A DNA stretch of 64,000 nt from a virus (lineage: Duplodnaviria; Caudoviricetes). How positions within the stretch are numbered: position 1 is the stretch's first letter; each line of letters begins with the position of its first letter. Below, piece by piece: positions 50,390 through 59,257 of the stretch. The stretch spans positions 147,224-211,223 of the IMG/VR virus record IMGVR_UViG_3300028805_000041. One strand, written 5' to 3'. The notes under the pieces are model-generated. The model did no database searches and was not told the origin of the DNA. It worked only from the letters and a program-made list of their open reading frames with translations. The position numbers and the translations under genes are program-made.

Positions 50390-51133
50390 ATGGCAGGTAA
50401 AAAAGACATAACATTCTATAGATTCTATTCGGGAATGAGGTCGTTTCTTTCTAAATTATTAAAGAAACCGATTGAGGCTGAGGTGCCGTCTTTTTTGGAA
50501 GATATTGGCGTAAGCCGAAAGAAACTCATAAACGAATTGATGGACAAGAGCGTTATAGAACGTCATGAACGGATACTTGACAGTACCAACTCTGACAAGG
50601 AAAGTCCAACTTACTCCGTTAAATATAAGGTCAGAAGAAAGAATTTCGAAAAGAAAATGCATCGTCTATACAGCAAATATTTCGAGAATGACGACAAGGA
50701 AGAATTGAATGAGTGTGACTGTGGCGGTTGTCTTGGCGGTGGCGGTTCGTTTGGTGACGGTGGAGAGGGTGCAACAAATACATCAGTTAACGCCGGTCAT
50801 CCTGACGTACTTGCCACAAACACAGTGATTAACAGGGGTTCTTTCTACAAGGACAGGGATGAACTAAAGGAACCCAAGAAAAACAAGAAGAAGAAAAACA
50901 TCTATCTAACAGAAAGTCAGGTAAAATACTTAAATGAATTCTTCAATACCAAGACCATTGGGGATTTGCTTATGGAAGATGAAGCGATTGGAGCAACGAC
51001 CACGGAGATAGTCAATGGTAACGAAGTTCCAAGAAGAAGTGATAAGAAAAAGGGTATTGCCGGTGGTGTTGTTTTCAGGACAAAAGACGGTAAGTTAGAC
51101 CCTGCATATGACAGAAAATACAAGGCTAATTGA
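50390..51133 (+). CDS. Hypothetical late protein
   Basis: TATTTAT at 50360; internal IYLTESQVKYLNE. Confidence 0.6.
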   Translation: MAGKKDITFYRFYSGMRSFLSKLLKKPIEAEVPSFLEDIGVSRKKLINELMDKSVIERHERILDSTNSDKESPTYSVKYKVRRKNFEKKMHRLYSKYFENDDKEELNECDCGGCLGGGGSFGDGGEGATNTSVNAGHPDVLATNTVINRGSFYKDRDELKEPKKNKKKKNIYLTESQVKYLNEFFNTKTIGDLLMEDEAIGATTTEIVNGNEVPRRSDKKKGIAGGVVFRTKDGKLDPAYDRKYKAN

Positions 51134-51134
51134 T

Positions 51135-51323
51135 ATGTACCACGATCCGTATAACAGTATAATAAATACGAAGTTAAAGAGAGACATAGAGGCTATATCC
51201 GAAAAAATAAAAAAGGAGGATGATAAGTACAAGATAGCCAAGCTGGAGGAGCAGAAACTCATTCAGGGAATGTTCTCAAATGAACTTGGTCATTCTTATG
51301 GGAAATACAGAAGTCCGTGGTAA
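51135..51323 (+). CDS. Small hypothetical protein
   Basis: ATG 2 nt after the previous stop. Confidence 0.5.
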   Translation: MYHDPYNSIINTKLKRDIEAISEKIKKEDDKYKIAKLEEQKLIQGMFSNELGHSYGKYRSPW

Positions 51324-51373
51324 ATATAGAAAGGATTTAAAAAATAAATAATAAAATATAAACAACAAAACAA

Positions 51374-52225
51374 ATGAAGACATTATCTTACAATGTAGGA
51401 GAGTTGAAAAGAGTTATCAAGGAAAGCTCGAACGAGTTCAAGGCAAAACTCGGTCCGAATGTAGAGAGAGATAACAAAAAGAACAACAGAGAGTCCTACA
51501 ACAAGTCCAAAGAAAGGGCTAAAGATTTTGATGGTGGTTTGGAAGAACCTAAGAAGAAGGAGATACCACCAAGAACAGATGGAAACGCAACAATGTTTGA
51601 TCTAAATCCCGTAACCGAGCCATCAAAGGAATATCAGGAGGACCAGGAGGCAAGAATGAAGGGTTACACAACTAAAATGGAAATGGACAACGGTATAAAG
51701 AAAGCCGGTGCCACATTTGACAGTGACGGAAAACTCCTGAAGAACTATCAAGATGCGAGGGATGCAAGAAACAAGGAGAAGGAGGATATCGAATCGTCCG
51801 GACTTGTTGGTCGTGTTATCTACGACAAGGATAAAAATAAGTTCAAGAAAAACACATTGTGTAAAGAAAATATGAAAGCCAAGAGGTTGATTTTTAAGAA
51901 TACGAGATTTATGAATGAGTCTCAAATGTTTGACCGTATTCCAGAAGAATATAAGGTTGACGGACAGAAGATATTTATGAAGGACGGTTATGAGAACGAG
52001 TATCTCGTTGAGTGTGAGAAGAATGAAATGGGTGTAGTTGAAACAAACATCATCTCATACAACAACAAGAACATTATGAATGAACAGGTTGACAGAATTT
52101 TTGATCTTTTCCAATATAATGACAAGGAAGAAAAAGCCGAGAGAAATTACCACACAAACATTAATGAGGACAAGGAGTTCAAGGACCTGATGGATGTGGT
52201 TAGAAATAAGGAATTACTTAAATAA
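51374..52225 (+). CDS. Hypothetical late protein, putative head-associated
   Basis: VGELKRVIKES leader; repeated MNE/INE. Confidence 0.6.
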   Translation: MKTLSYNVGELKRVIKESSNEFKAKLGPNVERDNKKNNRESYNKSKERAKDFDGGLEEPKKKEIPPRTDGNATMFDLNPVTEPSKEYQEDQEARMKGYTTKMEMDNGIKKAGATFDSDGKLLKNYQDARDARNKEKEDIESSGLVGRVIYDKDKNKFKKNTLCKENMKAKRLIFKNTRFMNESQMFDRIPEEYKVDGQKIFMKDGYENEYLVECEKNEMGVVETNIISYNNKNIMNEQVDRIFDLFQYNDKEEKAERNYHTNINEDKEFKDLMDVVRNKELLK

Positions 52226-52237
52226 ACCGTTGGTGTT

Positions 52238-52930
52238 ATGTCAAAAGGAGGAAACAAGTCGTTCATACGAGAAATTCTTGAACTTATTGACAAATACGGG
52301 GTATTCAGAATCATTGGTGCTGTGATTATGATGCTGTTCATATCCTATGCAACCTATCTCTCTTTCAATCCGTCGATTCTCTTCGAGAGATATGAGAAAT
52401 ATGAGATGGAACAGCATTATGAGATGTTCGATTACAGAATGAACAGTATACCGTATGTTCAGTCAAGCCTCAACTCACTTCTGCATGAGACAAATGCGAC
52501 AAGGGCATACATAATCGAACTCCATAACGGAAAATCAAACTCTGCCGGTCTTTCTTTTAATTATGGAACACTGACATATGAAGCTAATGTAGAGGGTTCA
52601 TATTCAATAAGAGAGGATTATATAGAATTTTCTCTTGAGAGGTATCCGTTATTTGTCAAGATATATCATGACGGATTTTGGTGTGGAAATATTGAAGAAT
52701 TATCGTTAATTGATAAACGCCTGGCTCATAAGATGTGTGCGAATGATGGAGCATATCTTGCAATTGTGATGATTTATGGCATTAAATCCGAGATTGGCTT
52801 TCTTGGAGTAACGTTTTCAGAAGAACCCGATGAAAATACCGATCTTAGAAAGATATTGTCAAAACACTCATCAATGATATCCCCGTTATTGGATGGTGAA
52901 AAAGCAAAACAAGAAAGGAAAAATAGATGA
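52238..52930 (+). CDS. Putative holin (single TM plus GAF-like domain, T4 gpT-like architecture)
   Basis: TM IIGAVIMMLFISYATYL, then RAYIIELHNG...IGFLGVTF; adjacent to a spanin-like gene. Confidence 0.5.
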   Translation: MSKGGNKSFIREILELIDKYGVFRIIGAVIMMLFISYATYLSFNPSILFERYEKYEMEQHYEMFDYRMNSIPYVQSSLNSLLHETNATRAYIIELHNGKSNSAGLSFNYGTLTYEANVEGSYSIREDYIEFSLERYPLFVKIYHDGFWCGNIEELSLIDKRLAHKMCANDGAYLAIVMIYGIKSEIGFLGVTFSEEPDENTDLRKILSKHSSMISPLLDGEKAKQERKNR

Positions 52931-53571
52931 CAATTTTAAGCATTTTGAAATGGATTGTGTCGAACAAGACACTTATTCTAATTGCCTATGCTCTATTAAT
53001 GACATTGGCACTTGCGTTTGGTATCGGTATGTATCGCAATCTCCTTGCGGAGAAAAACAGATACAAGAATAATCAACAGGCACTGACTACCGAACTGGTA
53101 ACGTACAAGACCGAGAACGGTAAAAACGCGGCAAAGATACAGCAGCTTGAACTCACGAAGAAGGAGTTTGAGAAGATATGTGCGGAACAGGCTGAAATCG
53201 TTGAGGATATGGGAGTTAAGTTAAAGAGACTGCAATCAGTATCCTCTACAGGTTCAAAGACAATAGTTGAAATCGAAACCATCCTTAGGGATACTATAGT
53301 TCAGACAATTGTGGATTCCACATCAGTTTACGAAAAAGCGAGACATTTCGCTTGGAATGACAATTGGAACAAAATTGAGGGAACGATTGTCGGTGACAAG
53401 GTAAAATGCAATTATGAAGGTTTTGATACATTGACAGTTGCCGCAGTTAGAGTACCGAAGAAGTTCCTGTTTTTCAAGTGGGGTTGTAAGTATGTTGATG
53501 TACACATTGCACATCAGAATCCCGCAAGCGAGATAACATATAACAGAACGGTACAGATTAAGAAGAAGTAA
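52927..53571 (+). CDS. Putative spanin-like membrane protein (DUF6549-like)
   Basis: N-terminal TM, coiled coil, LRDTIV, KKFLFFKWG. Confidence 0.55.
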   Translation: MTILSILKWIVSNKTLILIAYALLMTLALAFGIGMYRNLLAEKNRYKNNQQALTTELVTYKTENGKNAAKIQQLELTKKEFEKICAEQAEIVEDMGVKLKRLQSVSSTGSKTIVEIETILRDTIVQTIVDSTSVYEKARHFAWNDNWNKIEGTIVGDKVKCNYEGFDTLTVAAVRVPKKFLFFKWGCKYVDVHIAHQNPASEITYNRTVQIKKK

Positions 53572-53576
53572 AAGCA

Positions 53577-54086
53577 ATGAAAAAGAAGTTAATTACGTTG
53601 TCAGAATCAGATTTGCACAATATAATCAAGGAATCAGTCAAAAGAGTAATAAATGAATCACAAAAATGTGTTAGGAGCATTTATTATGATATGGATAATA
53701 AATTTCAAGATGAAATGTATGAATTATTGAAAAAATACCCAGACCAAGAAGATGAGTTTGATGAATTGTATGACAAGTTTGGGTGGTATATTTCTGATAA
53801 ATATAACAATCGTTATGGTTCAATTGAGGTAGAGGTTGAATATGTCATGGACTATGATGTGGTTGATGATTTTTGGGTTTCAGAGAATAGTAAACGGGAG
53901 TTTGCTGAACTCGTAAAAAATTTCCAATGCAACAATCAAGAATTTAAAAATATTTTGCTTCAAGCATTTGACAATGCATGTGAGGATATTGAACCTATTG
54001 ATGTCCTAGAAGACATCTATGATAACGAAGAGGATTATGGTGAATATTGTCGAGAATTGGCCTATCAAAACAACAGAGATTATTAA
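53577..54086 (+). CDS. Putative internal head protein
   Basis: Leader LITLSESDLHNIIKESVKRVINE. Confidence 0.55.
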   Translation: MKKKLITLSESDLHNIIKESVKRVINESQKCVRSIYYDMDNKFQDEMYELLKKYPDQEDEFDELYDKFGWYISDKYNNRYGSIEVEVEYVMDYDVVDDFWVSENSKREFAELVKNFQCNNQEFKNILLQAFDNACEDIEPIDVLEDIYDNEEDYGEYCRELAYQNNRDY

Positions 54087-54110
54087 AAAAAAAACGGTAA
54101 TAAAATGTAT

Positions 54111-54140
54111 TGGCGAATCTTTTTAAGGTTCGCCATTTTC
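54111..54140 (+). terminator. Rho-independent terminator
   Basis: TGGCGAATCTT-TTT-AAGGTTCGCCA followed by a T tract. Confidence 0.8.
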
Positions 54141-54192
54141 TTTCTTTACTTTTCACAATATTTTTAGTATATTTAGTAAAAAAGTTAATAAT

Positions 54193-54387
54193 ATGGTTAT
54201 TGCAACAAAAATTTTGTTTTTTTTCCTTGTTTTTGCAATTCTGAATGTCATTAGGGAGGCTTTTTCATTCCTTATGGCATTTTTGACAGACAGTAAATAT
54301 GGTATTACAACAAGGAGACTATTTTTACTTGGTGTATCATTATCGTACATCTTCACAATAATTTTTACAGGGTTTAGTTTGGTATGA
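54193..54387 (+). CDS. Small membrane protein (2 TM)
   Basis: Two hydrophobic segments; ATGA overlap with the next gene. Confidence 0.65.
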   Translation: MVIATKILFFFLVFAILNVIREAFSFLMAFLTDSKYGITTRRLFLLGVSLSYIFTIIFTGFSLV

Positions 54388-54944
54388 TGGATTTAAGAGA
54401 AAGAATCAGGAATATTTTGGATTACTTCTTGTTTATGAATGTAAACGAAGAAGCATTTTATATTTTAGTGAAGTTTCCGAGCAAATGGGTGGTTCCAACG
54501 GATGCAAGCGACAGTGTTAAGATAATGAAGGGTGATAACGCAAAGGACACATATTACTTCTTTACTGACTTCAATAACGGATATGAACCGTTATTTGACA
54601 CCGTCGATGAGATAATCAGGCAAAATAGGGAAATAGAAGAGAAATATAAACTTTTCAACTCAAAACTGTCTGAATTGAAGTTACTTTTTGAAAATGAGGA
54701 CCTTTCCGTTCTTGAAAATATGAAATTCAATATCGGTGCAACAACCAACGACAAGAAGGATGAGACCGTTGAGACTGAAATGGCGGTTGAAACACCCGAA
54801 AAGGAGGAACAGCCGAATGAAGAACAAAAGGAGGAGGCTGTAGAGGAAGAGGAAAAGACGGAAAAGAAGAACAAACCGAAAAACAAGAAAAATAACATCA
54901 GTGCGTCTATAATGGATAGTGCTAAAAAATTGATCAATCAATGA
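54384..54944 (+). CDS. Hypothetical protein
   Basis: Coupled ORF with a charged tail. Confidence 0.65.
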   Translation: MMDLRERIRNILDYFLFMNVNEEAFYILVKFPSKWVVPTDASDSVKIMKGDNAKDTYYFFTDFNNGYEPLFDTVDEIIRQNREIEEKYKLFNSKLSELKLLFENEDLSVLENMKFNIGATTNDKKDETVETEMAVETPEKEEQPNEEQKEEAVEEEEKTEKKNKPKNKKNNISASIMDSAKKLINQ

Positions 54945-55345
54945 TGTGGTTTACAAGTATAATGTATATTTTGTTTGCATATGGAATCAGTGTCATTATA
55001 ACACAAGGTATTGGTCCTGCAAACATATTCATTAGAACAAGAATATGGGCTGAAAGTGTCGGCCCGAACTTTGGTCTTCTGTTCAGATGTATGCTCTGTA
55101 TGCCGACGAACGTTGGAATCATTTTCTCGCTATTCAACTGGTTCCTTGTCCCTGTGGCAATTACTCCGTTTAATATCATACTTGGGGGTACAGGTCTATG
55201 GTGGCTTGCAGCAATTATGGACGGGTGCCTTACAGGTGGAATATGCCATTTCTTATGGAATATTGATGATTATATTGATAAAATAACACCCGTATACGAC
55301 GAACCGGATGATAAAGATTATGATTTAGATGGAGAAGACGATTGA
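54941..55345 (+). CDS. DUF1360-like membrane protein
   Basis: Hydrophobic; LLFRCMLCMPTNVG CxxC motif. Confidence 0.55.
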   Translation: MMWFTSIMYILFAYGISVIITQGIGPANIFIRTRIWAESVGPNFGLLFRCMLCMPTNVGIIFSLFNWFLVPVAITPFNIILGGTGLWWLAAIMDGCLTGGICHFLWNIDDYIDKITPVYDEPDDKDYDLDGEDD

Positions 55346-55556
55346 TGGTGAACTGTGTAAGGCTATTGCACGGGCAAAAGTCGAAGCGGAACAGGGTGCA
55401 GAAGAAATAGACAATTTCAAAAAGCAATATGCCCAATGGATTAGTGAGTTCGGTGACGACATAAAGATAAAAAAAGAGGAAGAAAAAAAGACAAAGTCTG
55501 AAAATTGTCTCATAAAGTTCCTTAAGAAGTTATATAATACAGTTTCATATGATTAG
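55329..55556 (+). CDS. Hypothetical protein
   Basis: Overlapping, operon-packed ORF. Confidence 0.55.
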   Translation: MEKTIDGELCKAIARAKVEAEQGAEEIDNFKKQYAQWISEFGDDIKIKKEEEKKTKSENCLIKFLKKLYNTVSYD

Positions 55557-55812
55557 GGTGCTAAAACAGGAAGATATATTGAAAATTTCTGATTTTCTCA
55601 CGAAAAACGGATATTCAGGACTCGATATTGAGTTGACAAATTATGTTGAAAGCCAAGAAGTGCTAAACAAGGTTAATGAGGAGTTTTTTTACCGTTCAGA
55701 AGAACACGATAAAGAAGATTTCAATAGTGAATGTGATGGTGTCGATATCGAATGTGACGGTGTGAAATTTAAGTTCAGAGTAAGGGATACAGATGAAAAT
55801 AGTCAAGAGTGA
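55549..55812 (+). CDS. Hypothetical protein
   Basis: Operon-packed ORF. Confidence 0.55.
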   Translation: MIRVLKQEDILKISDFLTKNGYSGLDIELTNYVESQEVLNKVNEEFFYRSEEHDKEDFNSECDGVDIECDGVKFKFRVRDTDENSQE

Positions 55813-56434
55813 CAGGATATTGGATGATGTGAATGACGGTCTATATGATGTATTGTTGGTGCCAATGAGCATATACAATTCAATGAATTCAGGATTTGTG
55901 TATGATGTTGGCATTAATTTTAAACATGTTAGGGAAGAAGAGAAAAATACACCATACGGAGACAGGAGAAAATACGGCACTATATATATTATAAGTGGTA
56001 AAACCGATTATGTAATGTGCTACATCCATAACGGTGGTTATAATAAGGATGATGATGGTTCATTCATATCATATGATAACCTTAGGCGGTGTCTTACTCT
56101 TGTTAATGACAGGTATAAAGATAAAAAAGTTGCTTCTGTCATTATGGGTTCAGATAAATCCGATGGAAATGGGGATAAAGAGAAGATATTGAAGATATTT
56201 GAAGAAACGTGTACCGATATAGACCTGACATTATATGACTACGAACAGACGGACACACAACTTGAGACCTTCCATAAGATTGCCGAATTGAGAGAAAAGA
56301 GAAAGAACAAGACAATAACATCAGAAGAATACATTCATTTAAGAAGTAAACTCGAATGGGAACGTAGAAATGGAAGATTCATTCCTATGCCTGAAGGGTA
56401 CAGATATAAACCAAAGGGTAAAAAAATTGGTTAA
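55793..56434 (+). CDS. Divergent macrodomain-like protein
   Basis: VPMSIYNSMNSGF, GTIYI, SYDNLRRCL, VASVIMG...GNGD spacing resembles Poa1p/Tk.4 macrodomains. Confidence 0.5.
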   Translation: MKIVKSDRILDDVNDGLYDVLLVPMSIYNSMNSGFVYDVGINFKHVREEEKNTPYGDRRKYGTIYIISGKTDYVMCYIHNGGYNKDDDGSFISYDNLRRCLTLVNDRYKDKKVASVIMGSDKSDGNGDKEKILKIFEETCTDIDLTLYDYEQTDTQLETFHKIAELREKRKNKTITSEEYIHLRSKLEWERRNGRFIPMPEGYRYKPKGKKIG

Positions 56435-56457
56435 TTAAAATAATTTTTGTATATTTG
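56426..56457 (+). promoter_or_regulatory. Promoter ATTG-N20-TATATTTG
   Basis: TGTATATTTG at 56448-56457 with a near-consensus -33 element. Confidence 0.7.
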
Positions 56458-56473
56458 CATTAAGAAACAAAAT

Positions 56474-56863
56474 ATGGCTACAGTAAAACTTACATTAACA
56501 AAAGACATGTTGGCACTGATTTCCAATATACGGTTCACAAAACTGCCAACAATGAACTCAGAAAAGAAATATCTTAATTGGGGTATAGATTTTAATAGTA
56601 TTTATGGCGGATCATATCTGTTGGAGGATATATCTCTGATTTTGGATAAGTATGACGAGCACATTGCGGGCACGGAAGAATCAGCAATGGGACCTGAATT
56701 TCCACCTGAATTGGAGGACTATATGTTTGATCTTCACACAAAGATATTGAACAATCTCCCATATATAGAAGACCTCGTACATCAGTTTGCAACAAAGGGT
56801 GGCCTTTCTGAAGGTACATATAAGTGTAAGGATTATGAACGAATTTGGACTAAAGTCGAATAA
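56474..56863 (+). CDS. Hypothetical protein
   Basis: ATG 56474 preferred over a TTG that lies inside the promoter. Confidence 0.65.
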   Translation: MATVKLTLTKDMLALISNIRFTKLPTMNSEKKYLNWGIDFNSIYGGSYLLEDISLILDKYDEHIAGTEESAMGPEFPPELEDYMFDLHTKILNNLPYIEDLVHQFATKGGLSEGTYKCKDYERIWTKVE

Positions 56864-56884
56864 ACTTTTTAAAAAATAAAATTT

Positions 56885-57187
56885 ATGGATATCTGTGTTT
56901 TTTGCGGGGAACCGCTTGTCGATGGTAAATGTGAAAAAGATCACACCATCAAGAAAATGTGTGTAAATTGCAAGTTTTCGGAGAAGAATGAAGACGGAAG
57001 TTACACGTGTAAGAATGAAAAGAATTTGAATACTACCAAGGACAAAATGCTTGAGGCTATTAAGAATGTCAGCGAAGCATATGCTGTCAAGGAGTTCGAG
57101 ATTGATCCACTTCCTTTGAAGAAGCCAACATTGAAGTGTAAGGAATGGACACTTGATGAGAATATTCTCGAACAATTATTTGTATAG
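56885..57187 (+). CDS. Cys-rich putative zinc-binding protein
   Basis: CVFCG...C, CVNC...C. Confidence 0.6.
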   Translation: MDICVFCGEPLVDGKCEKDHTIKKMCVNCKFSEKNEDGSYTCKNEKNLNTTKDKMLEAIKNVSEAYAVKEFEIDPLPLKKPTLKCKEWTLDENILEQLFV

Positions 57188-57190
57188 ACA

Positions 57191-57889
57191 ATGGAAGGTA
57201 ACAATCAACATAGTTATTGTATCTACTACATAACCACAGATAGATATGTTAATTATGCACCGAATTTTTTTAAATCGTTACATAATTTTATGCCTAATGA
57301 TTTAAAGACGGTCATATGGCTTTCAGACAATTTTATTGATGTGGAAACCGATGATAAGATTGATGTCTTAAAGAAGAATATTTTAGATATGCCTTGGCCA
57401 TTGGTTACATTATTGAAAATGCATTATATTACCGATAACAGAATAAATGGTTATGATGGGTATTTCTATTTTAATGGGAACGCAGTAATAGAAGAAATGA
57501 GTCAAGAAACACAGGATTTATTATACAATTCTATACGTAATAATTTATTTATCGCAACAAATCATGCGTGTGCCCCATTAGATACATCATATAGTCAAGG
57601 AGGGTTCTTCGGCGGTGGATATGAGACATTCTTCTCTATTTGCCAAGAAGTTGTTGATGAAATAAATTATCTTTTGAAGAAGAATACCATCCCAACGTGG
57701 CACGATGAAACAACATTAAACAATGTACTAAAAAAACACGATAATGTACTTAGAGAAGCCTTCTTTTGTAATGACAATAGTTTATATAAAGAAGAATATA
57801 GAGATATGTTGAATAAATGTAATCATATCTTCATTGGACTAACGTTTGGGGGCTTTAAAAAGGATAAAACAATAGAATCTTCGGATTAA
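57191..57889 (+). CDS. Family 6 glycosyltransferase (GT6, ABO-like)
   Basis: ITTDRY, WLSD, PWPLVTL, YFNGN (NxN), YSQGGFFGG, WHDETTLN. Confidence 0.8.
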   Translation: MEGNNQHSYCIYYITTDRYVNYAPNFFKSLHNFMPNDLKTVIWLSDNFIDVETDDKIDVLKKNILDMPWPLVTLLKMHYITDNRINGYDGYFYFNGNAVIEEMSQETQDLLYNSIRNNLFIATNHACAPLDTSYSQGGFFGGGYETFFSICQEVVDEINYLLKKNTIPTWHDETTLNNVLKKHDNVLREAFFCNDNSLYKEEYRDMLNKCNHIFIGLTFGGFKKDKTIESSD

Positions 57890-57912
57890 AATGCATTTTT
57901 TTCATTAAAAAA

Positions 57913-57944
57913 TTTGGCCAATTCAAAAAAAAGTACTACCTTTG
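57913..57944 (+). promoter_or_regulatory. Canonical Bacteroidota primary-sigma promoter TTTG-N20-TACCTTTG
   Basis: Exact -33/-7 consensus upstream of the sigma gene. Confidence 0.85.
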
Positions 57945-57986
57945 CGTAGTTAACGAACAACGAGAACAAAAAAATTTAAAAAAAAT

Positions 57987-58838
57987 ATGAATATTAAAAA
58001 TTTATCTACGAAGTTTTTTGGAACAAACAAAAGTCTGTCTTTATACCTTAATGAGATAAGGAAGACAGAACCACCAACAGCAGAAGAAGAGAAAGAACTC
58101 TTCGAACGCATCAAGAATGGCGATGAAGATGCGAGAACAGAAATAATTGTAAGACACCAAAAATTTGTCTATTCAATTGCTAAGGTCTATGCCAAGTCAG
58201 AAGATGATGTACTTGAATATGTAAACGAGGGAAACATTGGTCTTATGCAAGCAATCAATGAATATAACCCGGAACGCGGAACACGTTTCCTTACGTTTGC
58301 CGTATGGTATATGAGACGTTCTATGAACTATTATCAGGACAACACCAATAATATGATTGTTCGTTCTAATAATATGAAACTGTCTAAAAAAATCGATACA
58401 GTAAAGGAAACATACTTCAAGGAAAATGGCACAATGCCAACAAATGCAATGGTCGTTGACCTCATCAATGAAAAGTATGACATCGGCATTAAGGATGTAC
58501 GTGATGTGTATGATGTGAATGTGTCAAGTATCAGTGACGAACTTGACGATGACTTCACGGTAGAGGAAAACAGCGAGTACAACAGCAAGACCGCAAGTTT
58601 CAATGAATATGAGACGGAAGTTGACAATGATTATAAGTCAGCATTAATTGAGAAACTTATGGGAAAGATTTCGGGGAAACAGGCTGATATGATTAAGATG
58701 CTTTACGGAGTTGGTTATGACAGACAATACTCAATTGACGAAATTGCACAAAAATACAATATGTATCCCGATGACACACAATCACTGATAAATAAGATTA
58801 TGCAATACTTGAAGCAAGAAGGAAAACTTGCAGTATAA
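57987..58838 (+). CDS. Sigma-70 factor resembling the Bacteroidota primary sigma
   Basis: SLSLYLNEI, EEEKELFERIKNGD, VNEGNIGLMQAI, RFLTFAVWYMR; 283 aa; no region 1.1. Confidence 0.9.
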   Translation: MNIKNLSTKFFGTNKSLSLYLNEIRKTEPPTAEEEKELFERIKNGDEDARTEIIVRHQKFVYSIAKVYAKSEDDVLEYVNEGNIGLMQAINEYNPERGTRFLTFAVWYMRRSMNYYQDNTNNMIVRSNNMKLSKKIDTVKETYFKENGTMPTNAMVVDLINEKYDIGIKDVRDVYDVNVSSISDELDDDFTVEENSEYNSKTASFNEYETEVDNDYKSALIEKLMGKISGKQADMIKMLYGVGYDRQYSIDEIAQKYNMYPDDTQSLINKIMQYLKQEGKLAV

Positions 58839-58844
58839 GAAACG

Positions 58845-58873
58845 AAAAATGGCGGTTGAATACCGCCATTTTT
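58845..58873. terminator. Bidirectional terminator
   Basis: AAAAATGGCGGT-TGAAT-ACCGCCATTTTT between convergent genes. Confidence 0.88.
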
Positions 58874-58881
58874 ATTTTCTA

Positions 58882-59226
58882 TTAATCACTGGACATAATG
58901 TTAACAATAGCCGGTGCACCACCTTTAGGTATTTTTCTTTCTCCCCTCTTCCACTTACTGATAAGTCCTCGAATTGTATCCTCGCTACCGTGTACGACAC
59001 CTTGGTCTTTCAATTCTCTTCCAAGTTCAGCATTGTTAACTGTAGGATCATTTAAAATATCTGTTGCCTGTGCGGACAAACCGGCTGACTCCTTGTTTTT
59101 ATCTTTATCACCACCATTCGAACCTTCGAAGAACCCTTCAAAGAATCCTTCACTCAAAATATTTCTTACGCTTTCTGTTACCAGACTTTTTAATTGTCCC
59201 TCGGTTATTGTAATTGTCTTTTCCAT
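58882..59226 (-). CDS. Leader-bearing small protein with an HTH-like domain
   Basis: ITITEGQLKSLVTESVRNILSE leader; NNAELGREL...LISKWKRGERKIP; TATTTAT at 59253-59247. Confidence 0.55.
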   Translation of the reverse strand: MEKTITITEGQLKSLVTESVRNILSEGFFEGFFEGSNGGDKDKNKESAGLSAQATDILNDPTVNNAELGRELKDQGVVHGSEDTIRGLISKWKRGERKIPKGGAPAIVNIMSSD

Positions 59227-59257
59227 ATAATATCGTTCTTTATATTATAAATACTTT

